Assembly (NCBI GenBank): GCA_002633005.1
Contig: NMRA01000978.1
Span: 1 to 64,000 of the forward strand
Direction: 5' to 3'
Source of the DNA: Phoronis australis
Taxonomy: Eukaryota > Animalia > Phoronida
DNA: 64,000 nt
Shown: piece after piece, positions 47,100 through 59,270 of the stretch
Layout of the letters: each line of letters begins with the position of its first letter
How positions within the stretch are numbered: the first letter of the stretch is position 1
Position numbers and translations under genes: made by a program
The notes under the pieces: model-generated
Database searches by the model: none
Seen by the model: the letters and a program-made list of their open reading frames with translations, nothing else
Told to the model about the DNA's origin: nothing

Positions 47100-50060
47100 A
47101 CCAATTAGAGAGCCAGATTGTATTGTTGTGCCTAGCAACTTAAATATGGCAGCTCACACAGAGTGAGATGCCTGTACATGTATATTAATAGTTTACCAAA
47201 CAACAATAAATTGCGATAACCAGTATCTGAAGAAGATTGCAGAGCAACCTGTCAAAATCTGATGGACTGTGCAACTCTATGGACCAGTACAGATGGAAAG
47301 GAAGAGAAGGTGTCATAAGCGTTTGTACAGGAAAACAGCTGCTTTGCTCAACTGGCTTATAACATGTACTGCTACATGTATACTGCTATGGAAGACTAAG
47401 TGTCAAAACAAAAATTGAAAAGGCATAGAAACGCATAACAACGTTTGCAAGACACCAACAGTAGTAGTAAGGCTGAAGCTACATAAAGTGACACCCAAAG
47501 TTTCTCAAGAAATCAATTAGACCTCCAAAATCTGAAACACCAAGTTAACCTAGTTCTTACATTTTGACACATGTGTGCTTCATTTGAGAGCAGAAAAAGT
47601 ATCTTATGGGCCACATGTCTAGAAAAAGAAGCAGGGAACAATTTTCTAGAGTTGATTAGAAAACAGGTATGTGTTTTTGTAAGGTACATCTTAGTGTTTT
47701 TCCAAGTGTGTTCAGTATTTCACTAGTTGTTTTTTAACTTATTCAGCCCCCAGTCTGCCTTAGATAATACCGATGTCTCAACTGGCCCAAAGGAGATGTC
47801 GGCCATGGCATAGTTTTTCGGTGAATTATGCATCACATTTATTAAACCATCGAAGTCATGTTGCTATAAGCTTAGAGGTTCCTTTTGTGCACAAGAGGAA
47901 TGCCTTATGCGGCCGTTAGAGTCTCTATTTGTTCCCAGCTTGAACACATATTCCTGAAATCATGTCTTTCAACCAATTCGCCGTTGCCCAAATCGACCAT
48001 TAGCCATTTTTACTCTGCTTTTGCCAAAGGATACCTTCATAGCGTCATACTGCCTTTTTTCATTTTAAGCACGTTACATCGAGATTTTTTGAAAACTAAG
48101 GTAAATGGAGAAAATGGTTGCAATGAAGTGCGAAATTAACGTGCACAAATGCCCGTCATTCCCCGCCTATTCCTGGGAAAGGGGGAACCTCTTGTCAATT
48201 GTTTGTAAACATTAATTACTTAAGTGGCTGATGGGTTAACTAAATTGAAGTTCCTAAGTGGCCGGCGTCCCCGTCGTAATCTGGGAAACCCCTGACCATT
48301 TTGTCAAAGGTTCTGCAAATATATTGACTATGGTATGATCATCTGATAAAAAAGAAATAAATTTCAATCACTGCACTGGTACACCACCTGACTTACTTTC
48401 AATTGCGTCACCTAATCTAATTGTCTAAAAATTTACATGCATGCCAACACACTGGTGGTATAAATGTTAAATTAGTGTTAGCAGTTCGCATTTTGTAAGC
48501 TGGACTTGCATCGCACAGCTGAGTCCGGAGTCCGGAATATGCAAATGGTATTCGAGGATAAAGACCTTCTGGCTGAAGAAGCCAAGTACCACAGGCCAGG
48601 CTATGGAAATACAAAGACAGAGATCCAGAGGAGTGGAGAATCTTTAGTTTCAATGATGTTTTTCTACAGTTTTGTTTGAATCAAAACTTCTAACACATGG
48701 AGATGCCTTGCCTTTCACAACTAAAGCAAGATTTTGAAGCTATGGCTTAGAAAGCTGGTGTGCATGAAGTTATTTGGTCTGGCAATCATAAGAAATGATT
48801 GTTGAGGCTACCCACAGCTGCAGTTTGTGCCCAGCTAATAGATACGAAAGTAAATTGTGGCTGGTGTTCAATGATTCACGTGCTGTAAAACCAATTAACA
48901 TATCCCGTTATAACATATTTTAAATCAAATATGTGCCCAAATCTTACCTGCTTCCAAACAAGGACTCGGTGTTTGACCCTTCATTGCATGCGAGCCAATT
49001 ACCAGTGTGTATAGTATTGTAGCCTCTCCAATCAGCAAAAGTTAGCTCTTTGTGGAGCCGTTCAAATGAATGACGATGCCCACAGTTTCATTTACAGAAC
49101 TCAAGAATGTACGCTGGAGGTGCAAAATGAACATGTGTGTGGGGAAACTGAGTTTGTGCTGCAATGCAGGGTCAAACTAAACAGAAATGTGCAGTTATGA
49201 TAACTGTAGTAAAACCAGAAACATTGATTGCAAAGCTTTGGACAATGAAGATGATACATTTTAAGTTAGCCGTAAATAGAACCCCAGCTTCTCTAAACCC
49301 GTTATTTCGTGATATGATTGTGTTAAATAGTGTGATATGTGAATTTTATTTGGTGATTTAATCATAGCAAGTACATAATTTGATAATTGTCTTGTATTTG
49401 TCTTAGACTACATGTACTTGTCAGGCACTGTCAGAATAAACTACTATTTTCATACAGTTGATGTGAACATTTACAGAGATCATTCAGCTTTGTTATTTTT
49501 TGTTCAAATTATTTCTGTTTTTTATGCAAACGAATTGTCAATGGTGCAGTCATCGACACATATATTTTAACCACTATTTAGTGTAATGTGTATTTTGCTT
49601 TTCAGACAATATGAGAATAACCTCCTAGTAACATTTAGAATTAGTTCATATTTTTCTGCTTCTAGGTGTCACTTTGCATTTTTTAAACTTCACTGTTTGC
49701 AACTCCTCTACAAAAATGAAAATGTAATGTGAGTGTACTATTGTTAAATACAATAATATTGATTACTTGTTTTACAAAATGTAGGAAGAGTGTTATTTTT
49801 TACAACTATAAGCTCACTAAGGTCTTTGGTAACTATTACATAACTTTAAACCCAAATTTCTCCAAAATGTGCAATTTTATATGCGGGAACTTTTTAGATT
49901 TTGAAAACACACTCACCTAGTAAATGAATTTAAAAAGACCAAAATAAAATTGCCTCCCTAAAGTACTCACAAAAAGTATATTCTAGAGGTCCTACAAAAC
50001 TACACTTATAATTTTTCAAAGGCTGAAACGGTGAACAAGGAAAAGGGGTAAGGACGTACA
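47100..50060 (+). mobile_element. Decayed, internally deleted Academ-like DNA transposon
   Basis: EDKDLLAEEAKYH (48554), LP.NKDS..HCMRANYQC (about 48945-49008) and a Cys-rich C-terminus CKMNMC..CCNAGSN*TEMC..NC (about 49100-49210); termini uncertain. Confidence 0.55.
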
Positions 50061-50760
50061 CTCACAAACTCATTCACACACTTCATCATTTAATAATAGT
50101 ACCACTAAACAATATATGAATTGAATATCTTACAGATCTGACAGATTCATTGCATGACAGCACTGAGGCTCTCCCACATTTTAATATCAATGTTGTCCGG
50201 TTCTTTTTGTTTTTGAAAATTAAACATTGTAATTTTAATATAGTTTGATATGAATAACTTAAGAGCAGACCAATCTGGATGCAACTGCTGTTGGCTACGT
50301 AAATAAATAAAATATTGGGAGATATTGATAACATAATTAATCAACAGGGAGAATTCAGAACTTAAATGGCAAAACATGTACTCATTCTTGGTTATTCTGA
50401 CGTCTTCCTTAAGGGAAGATGTCAAAATATCCTGAACATACAATCTTTGCACTACACCACAAAGGAAAAACATGCATGTGTTCAGTATTCTGTACTAGAT
50501 TACAATAGGGACATTTATCTGAATTAACGAAGAGTTACTTTACACTATGTTATGTAACAATGAATACTTAAAAGTTTTTTTTTAATGCATGGTTTGAGGG
50601 TAAGTTTAAAATGCAAATAGAGTTCTATCGCCGTGTTATCCGGGACCACTCTGTTAGGGACGAGGGCTTCTGGATGATATCATTATAGCCAGTTGAAAGA
50701 TTTCGATGATTACAATGCGCCGGCACCATTCGATTTTTGGGCGGATTTGATAATTACAAN

Positions 50761-53700
50761 CAACTGGCCCAAAGGAGATGTCGGCCATGGCATAGTTTTT
50801 CGGTGAATTATGCATCACATTTATTAAACCATCGAAGTCATGTTGCTATAAGCTTAGAGGTTCTTTTTGTGCACTAGAGGAATGCCTTATGCGGCCGTAA
50901 GAGTCTCTATTTGTTCCCAGCTTGAACACATATTCCTGAAATCATGCCTTTCAACCAATTCGCCGTTGCCCAAATCGACCATTAGCCATTTTTACTCTGC
51001 TTTTGCCAGAGGATACCTTCTTAGCGTCATACTGCCTTTGTCATTTTAAGCACGTTACATCGAGATTTTTCGAAAAGGTAAATGGAGAAAATGGTTGCAA
51101 TGAAGTGCGAAATTAACGTGCCCAAATGCCCGTCATTCCCCGCCTATTCCTGGGAAAGGGGGAACCTCTTGTGAATTGTTTGTAAACATTAATTACTTAA
51201 GTGGCTGCTGTGTTAACTAATTTGAAGTTCCTAAGTGGCCGGCGTTCTCGTCGTAATCTGGGAAGCCCCTGACCATTTTGTCAAAGGTTCTGCAAATATA
51301 TTGTCTATGGTATGATCATCTGATNATATGAAGCATGAAGGGCTCTATAATGGTATTTGCCCAAATAATAGGATTTATGTCAGAGTGCCATAAATCTCAT
51401 TACTTAAGTGGCTGCTGTGTTAACTAAATTGAAGTTCCTAAGTGGCCGGCGTCCCCGTCGTAATCTGGGAAGCCCCTGACCATTTTGTCAAAGGTTCTGC
51501 AAATATATTGACTATGGTATGATCATCTGATAAAAAAGAAATAAATTTCAATCACTGCACTGGTACACCACCTGACTTACTTTCAATTGCGTCACCTAAT
51601 CTAATTGTCTGAAAATATGCATGCATGCCAACACACTGGTAGTATAAATTTAATGTTAAATTAGTGTTAGCAGTTCGCATTTTGTAAGCTGGACTTGCAT
51701 CGCCCAGCTGAGTCCGGAGTCCGGAATATGCAAATGGTATTCGAGGATAAAGACCTTCTGGCTGAAGAAGCCAAGTACTACAGGCCAGGCTATGGAAATA
51801 CAAAGACAGAGATCCGGAGGAGTGGAGAATCTTTAGTTTCAATGATGTTTTTCTACAGTTTTGTTTTAATCAAAACTTCTAACACATGGAGATGCCTTGC
51901 CTTTCACAACTAAAGCAAGACTTTGAAGCTATGGTTTAGAAAGCTGGTGTGCATGAAGTTATTTGGTCTGGCAATCATAAGAAACGACTGTTGAGGCTAC
52001 CCACAGCTGCAGTTTGTGCCCAGCTAAGAGATACGACAAAGTAAATTGTGGCTGGTGTTCAATGATTCACTTGCTGTAAAACCAATTAACACATCCCGTT
52101 ATAACATATTTTGAATCAAATATGTGCCCAAATCTTACCTGCTTCCAAACAAGGACTCGGTGTTTGACCCTTCATTGCATGCGAGCCAATTACCAGTGTG
52201 TATAGTATTTTTGCCTCTCCAATCAGCAAAAGTTAGCTCTTTGTGGAGCCGTTCAAATGAATGACGATGCCCACAGTTTCATTTACAGAACTCAACAATG
52301 TACGCTGGAGGTGCAAAATGAACATGTGTGTGGGGAAACTGAGTTTGTGCTGCAGTGCAGGGTCAAACTGAACAGAAATGTGCAGTTATGATAACCCTAG
52401 TAAAACCAGAAACGTTGATTGTATAGCTTTGGACAATGAAGATGATACATTTTAAGTTAGCCGTAAATAGACCCCCAGCTTCTCTAAACCCGTTATTTCG
52501 TGATATGATTGTGTTAAATAGTGTGATATGTGAATTTTATATGGTGATTTAATCATAGCAAGTACATAATTTGATAATTGTCTTGTATTTGTCTTAGACT
52601 ACTTGCCAGGCACTGTCAGAATAACCTATTTTCATACAGTTGATGTGAACATTCACAGAGATCATTCAGCTTTGTTATTTTTTGTTCAAAATATTTCTGT
52701 TTTTTTATGCAAACAAATTGTCAATGGTGCAGTCATCGACACATATATTTTAACCACTCTTTAGTGTAATGTGTATTTTGCTTTTCAGACAATATGAGAA
52801 TAACCTCCTAGTAACATTCAGAATTAGTTCATATTTTTCTGCTTCTAGGTGACACTTTACATTTTTTAAACTTCACTGTTTGCAACTCCTCTACAAAAAT
52901 GAAAATTTAATGTGAGTGTACTATTGTTAAATACAATAATATTGATTACTTGTTTTACAAAATGTAGGAAGAGTGTTATTTTTTACAACTATAAGTTCAC
53001 TAAGGTCTTTGGTAACAATTACATAACTTTAAACCCAAATTTCTCCAAAATGTGCAAATTTATATGCGGGAACTTTTTAAATTTTGAAAACACACTCACC
53101 TAGTAAATGAATTTAAAAAGACCAAAATAAAATTGGCTCCCTAAAGTACTCACAAAAAGTATTTTCTAGAGGTCCTACAAAACTAGGCCCACTGCTTAAC
53201 AGGGCCCGGTCTCCAATCTCCGTACTCAGACTCATACTCATACTCGAGATTTCATACTCAAAATCGTGCTCACTGGAGTCGTACTCAAAAAAGCGTATCT
53301 AATGTCGTATTTCGAGTAGACTCCAAACGTACTCAAATCTGACACTCATACTCGAGTTGCTATGGAACTCTTTATGATGTGAAATGCAAAATCACGCAAA
53401 GACGCGCTGATTCACCGCTCCCTATTGGAATAGACAACCCCAGGAACTAGGCCTACATTATCGTCTGCTGTCGCTANNNNNNNNNNNNNNNNNNNNNNNN
53501 NNNNNNNNNNNNNNNNNNNNNNNNNNNNNNNNNNNNNNNNNNNNNNNNNNNNNNNNNNNNNNNNNNNNNNNNNNNNNNNNNNNNNNNNNNNNNNNNNNNN
53601 NNNNNNNNNNNNNNNNNNNNNNNNNNNNNNNNNNNNNNNNNNNNNNNNNNNNNNNNNNNNNNNNNNNNNNNNNNNNNNNNNNNNNNNNNNNNNNNNNNNN

Positions 53701-54329
53701 NNNNNNNNNNNNNNNNNNNNNNNNNNNNNNNNNNNNNNNNNNNNNNNNNNNNNNNNNNNNNNNNNNNNNNNNNNNNNNNNNNNNNNNNNNNNNNNNNNNN
53801 NNNNNNNNNNNNNNNNNNNNNNNNNNNNNNNNNNNNNNNNNNNNNNNNNNNNNNNNNNNNNNNNNNNNNNNNNNNNNNNNNNNNNNNNNNNATATTGATA
53901 ACATAATTAATCAACAGGGAGAATTCAGAACTTAAATGGCAAAACATGTACTCATTCTTGGTTATTCTGACGTCTTCCTTAAGGGAAGATGTCAAAATAT
54001 CCTGAACATACAATCTTTGCACTACACCACAAAGGAAAAACATGCATGTGTTCAGTATTCTGTACTAGATTACAATAGGGACATTTATCTGAATTAACGA
54101 AGAGTTACTTTACACTATGTTATGTAACAATGAATACTTAAAAGTTTTTTTTTAATGCATGGTTTGAGGGTAAGTTTAAAATGCAAATAGAGTTCTATCG
54201 CCGTGTTATCCGGGACCACTCTGTTAGGGACGAGGGCTTCTGGATGATATCAATATAGCCAGTTGAAAGATTTCGATGATTACAATGCGCCGGCACCATT
54301 CGATTTTTGGGCGGATTTGATAATTACAA
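50761..54329 (+). repeat. Near-identical second copy of 47779-50759 (probable alternative haplotype)
   Basis: Begins immediately after the single N at 50760; differs by SNPs, small indels and an insertion at about 53185. Confidence 0.9.
53200..53445 (+). mobile_element. Harbinger-like MITE fragment present only in the second copy
   Basis: CAGGGCCCGGTCTCCAATC terminus with tactca/tactcg repeats; runs toward the gap. Confidence 0.7.
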
Positions 54330-57300
54330 CACCTCCTAGTGGTCATTCTGGGTAAGAGGTTTTCCAGACGATATCAAGAGATTCGATTGACGGATTTCAA
54401 CATAGAGGTACATGGCGTCAGTGCGCCAGCACCATAATTTTTGGGGCCGATCCATCTACCTCAGAACCTCTTGGTGGCTACACTGTTCACAAAAAGGGAC
54501 GTTTGATATTTTTGGGAGGAAGCGATTATCCAGCGGATATTTAGACAACGAACCAGCCGATTGCAATGGAACTTAACGCAGAGGTGTAGAATGACACCTT
54601 GCTGGTATTGTATGATTTTCGGTCGGATTTGATTTCTACAGCACGTCCTGGTAATCCCTAGAAGCATATCATTCGTGATGCACCGCGGGCGCATGTCAAC
54701 TTTTCAGCGTTGATCTTGTTTTATGAAACAAAATAACTGTTCAACAAAAGTGCGTTTCCTGGCTATTGCAAGTGAGAAAGTAAAATGTTTTGCTGACCTA
54801 CCTACCCATGAAAGGGAGTCACAGCAGTACAAGAAAAAGCAAAAAATATTTTATGAACGGCTTAAACTTATGTCTTGCTTAAAAGTGCACAATTCAAGTG
54901 GACATGAACGCTGCGACTAATGACGTGAAGTCATTAAAACGGTCATTCTCGTCTGGAACTATGGGATATTTTTGAATGTAGTAACTACAATAAGTAGGGT
55001 AGCAGTTTGCCAATGCCGCACCATGCTAAGATTACTGAAGTTTAATCAGCACTTGAGTGTACGAACTAGGTACCCGTGCTCATCTGCTTAGAACGCTCCT
55101 GAGGATGACCGGAGAAATTACCGAAACACCATGCGAATGCAAATAGGTTAGATTTTAATATAAAAATGAAGAGATTTTACACATGGTGAGAGTTAATTAA
55201 AGATGGCCAATATTTTCATGGTGAACAAGTACAGTAAGAGGTTTCATGTAAAATAGTTTGGACCAAAGTCGTGTTTTTGTTTGTATATATGCGTTGTAGG
55301 TACATATGTATGCATACATGTTTATAGCCACCTATCAGAACACCGCATGCGGTCTTGAGGTAACTATGTTCGTGATCGGTGTTCATTACACTAATAAATT
55401 GCTTTGCTTCAGGTGATGGCCAACCGCACACAACCGCGTTTGAGCATATCGACAGGTGTGAATGCGGTAATTGTCCTTGCAACTAGCCTGCTGAATCCAC
55501 CGAAACCCTGCGGCTAAGACAATTGAACGACGACCAACTGGACCGATATAGGACTTCCATTTTGAATTATTCAATTAGCATAGCCAAAAAACGGTGCAAG
55601 AACTGTTAAATGTAGATCCTGTAGTATAATTGTAGAAACATGGCACACTCAGAGCTTAGGAACAGCAAAGGTCCTCGTGCCAAGCATAAAGCACATCACT
55701 GACGTCAACTATAGAATACTCCAAGGTGTGTCAGGACTTTTTTGTAGCGGGCGCTACTGTCCTGCATTCTGTGCGCCACAAGTGAGAACAACTGTGGTAG
55801 AAACGTCATGTATCCAAGCTATGCCTTAACGTAGTAAGGACGTCAACAACTGCTACATTAAAGAAACTTAAATTCTTTGAATATTACATGTGTGAAGAGG
55901 TTGCTTGTATAGCACTTCCTAACTTGACTGGGATCAAAAACTCTAACTCTAATGAAATGCGACCACTTTATAGTTGGACTCCCGTCTCTTTGAAAATCGG
56001 TGGTATAATTTGGAGATAAGGATATCTCAAGCCTTACTAGCAACAACTGTCCATTCTTACAATATTTCTCATATGTCTAGTAAAAATATCTTATCTTTAT
56101 TTTCGGGGAACTTAAAATACCCAATGTATAACATGCATCAAGAAAAAAACAGAATTGGCAGAACCACCTTGGAAACCCACAACTCCGTGGAAATTTGTTT
56201 ACTACTTATCCGAGGTCAAAGGTTACGGCGCTGTCACCCGGCAAATATTGAATCTCGAGGCACAGACCGGCTCCGTATGTACCCACAGTCCTTTCATTTA
56301 TCGACTCGACATGATAATGCGTCAACGACATGTACATATGATAGTAATATTCTTGGGAAAAAGAAGACAAAACGTAGAGTTGTGTGTATGCATGCATACG
56401 ACCGTTGAGAAAGAATTCTACAAGTCAATCGCCCTCGCAAACTTGTGTGATTTTGTGTTCACGCTCACAGCAAGTTGTGAAAAGAGATAAATCCTAACTC
56501 AAATTTCTTAATTCGGGTAATTTGATATTTCGCTGTTTCGATCTCATGCTCACGACGTGCTTTAAATTCCGACCCGACTTCTGCATTAATTTCTTACTTG
56601 GTTTTCAAATCACAGTCTCTTAGCTCATGGTGTGTCTAACGATGAACTTTTGACCTACTTAGAATGGACCACAATGCACCAGCTTAACCCATTTAATACG
56701 CTGACTCCGCCTGTGAGCAGATTGAATTTGTTTAAATTAAACGTTTTTGTGGTAAGTAAGTTAATTATGTCCTGCAAATTCTGATGACATTGGGCGTAAA
56801 TTTTGAAATAATGAACGTGGCTAAGGGGTGCGTGAATAAGTTATACTTGTATTGACTAAAGTCAAGTTTTCACCGAATAAATTAACCGAAGTCCTTGAGA
56901 TTTTCATGTCTCAACACATAATCGGCTTTTTCTCTGCTTCGACACGCGTTCTTCAAAATGGCTCTGTGGATTTCACTAAAACTTTCTAAACTTATCAATT
57001 TCAAAATTTTGCTAAATGTAACAAAGACGAATACGACTACGTATTTTTTTACAAATTATATTACGTTTTGTGAGTTTATTTGACCTAGAAATCAAACGAA
57101 AAGGCTAATTGACAATTTGTAACAACGCTTTTGAGGTAACTAGCGGAAGTTTTCTTTTAAATGTTTCATTAAACTTGACCGAGGATTATTTTGCTGTGAA
57201 TGTACCTTTTTAAACATGGAATTTTCACTTAAAATGTATAAACATAATAATAATAATTACCCGTTAAATTTGACAATATGCACTGTATGTTCAATAAATA

Positions 57301-57606
57301 AGGTTTGAGATAACCTTAAGGCAGATTCTACAACCCTTCGAAATTTTAGATGTATGTTACGCTGAGCAATCTCTCGGAACTGAATTCTCTTTAAGCCAAG
57401 AAAAAATACATGTATATCGCAGAGAAATCGAGGTGTCTTTTAGAATAGTCTTTCTGGGCATGTCGGTGCCGACAGAGTGCAGGTTACTGAAACACAGCGG
57501 TGTTAAAGATGCACTGTAGCAATCAATAAAAGCATTTAAAGCAAATGAATTGTTTTGTTTTTTGGGAGGGAAAGAAAGTGGGAGGCAGGGATGGAGTAAG
57601 GGAGGG

Positions 57607-57610
<4 letters not shown>

Positions 57611-57645
<35 letters not shown>

Positions 57646-57752
57646 GTGGAGAGAGAGCGAGATAGTAGTGGGAAAGAGAGAGGGAGATATACATACACGT
57701 ACACACTCACACACACACGCGAGCGCGCGCGCTCACGCGCACACATATATAT
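57611..57752. repeat. Compound (GA)n / (CA)n / (CG)n microsatellite
   Basis: Read directly from the sequence. Confidence 0.95.
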
Positions 57753-59111
57753 GCAGAACTGATTAAACACAAGATACTTTTCGTTATTGACATTGATGAA
57801 GAAACTGACCAAGAGACATTATTAAAGCGTACACAATATTTCGAAACATACTGGTTCCATTTTCAAGTGGAAATAAAATGACGCAGTAATGCCACCACAG
57901 AGCATAAGCTGGAGACATGCAAGGTGAGACACGGCAGGTGTGAAATGCTGCAAAGAATGATAAGTGAACGGGGAGGGAAAGATATTTTCAACACTTCAAA
58001 ATGGCAAAGAAAACGGAAAAGCATTCAGTGTTTGATCTAGAATATTATGAGGAGTACCAACCTTTAATTCTGTGGTGTCTGTGAACAAACACCCACACAC
58101 ACTGAAGTGCACACCCATAATTTACCGCAACATAATAAGTCTTTTTCCTTGCCGTTGGCCAAAGGTATGGAGTTGCAGGTCCCCTGGCGGGCCCCTTTAA
58201 ATCTGCCACTTAGGCCAAAAGACGTGGAACTCAGTCAGAAGAATCAGATGTGACGCCGTAACGCCTACAACGATTACGGTATGCTGGGAGACACGTACAG
58301 ATACATGTATGACTTTGAGCACGTGTTGTCGTAAAACTGAACGTTGAAAACAGTTTATTCTCGCACTGAAATTGCGTAGGTGGTAACCACAGTGGTAACT
58401 TTCAGATGCACGGTTGAGCATACAGATATTGTGCACGCCTGCAATCTTTAAGATTGTTAAGCCTGGGTCTGATCAGGTCTTATGTTAAACGTGATTCATG
58501 GATATAAAGGTATAAAGGAATAAATTACACTGCCAGTCCCCCAACTGTTTAATCAAAATTCACTAAATAACTTAAACTTTTTGACACCGACTGGGATCTA
58601 AATTCTCCCGCTTTATTAGCGGAAGTCACTGGCTTTGTTGCTCATCAATTGATATTCAAAAAGTTTGCCTGTTTTCGTAAAGCATTGGTAGACCTCACCT
58701 CACATGAGTGGAAATTTGAAGGGATTGTGGTAGCAAAAAGTGTTAAAACGCTGTTATACCAAGACATGGGGACTACGTGGCGCTGAGTGTACGTTGTCGC
58801 GGTCTGGCCGGTTAAAGAATTTCAATATGGCGTAGCAATTTTGGAGGTCAGCTTTTGCCGGAATACATGTAGGATTGATTGGCTGTGCGCTGTATGCTTT
58901 AAATTACAAAAGACGTGGAGTTAAAGTAAGGAATAAATTTATTATCCGTAATCAAACTACAGTTCCATAGTTGTAGTCACACTTATATTTCCTGTTGGGT
59001 TCAGTCTAATTTTGGCAACTTTTTTCCATCTAGCCAGAAGTCGTAGCCGCATCCTCCACAATAGTTGGGTCTGAAACAGCAATAAAATGAACATTCTCTG
59101 ATGGAGTGACA

Positions 59112-59270
59112 CCGGGCGTGCGTTCAGTAACGCTAGGAGCTATGCTAGGACCAAGCTAAAATGTAGGCAAAGTCACGTGTTCTCATATGAAATACAAGGC
59201 AATGTCTCCCGTAATCTCGCGAAGTATTGTTTTTCAGCGGGGTCCTAGCGCTACTGAACGGGAGGCGGGT
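59112..59270. mobile_element. ~155-bp MITE, copy 2
   Basis: Reverse complement of 23224-23377 with CGTTCAGTAACGCTAGG / CCTAGCGCTACTGAACG TIRs. Confidence 0.8.

Noticed and set aside
53458-54043. Long ORFs of 148 and 189 aa (also 21729-22046)
   Set aside because: They span N gaps.
55974-56490. Overlapping 144-aa and 111-aa ORFs
   Set aside because: Non-ATG starts, no motifs and no splice support.
57357-57812. 151-aa and RE-repeat ORFs
   Set aside because: Open only because of the GA/CA microsatellites.
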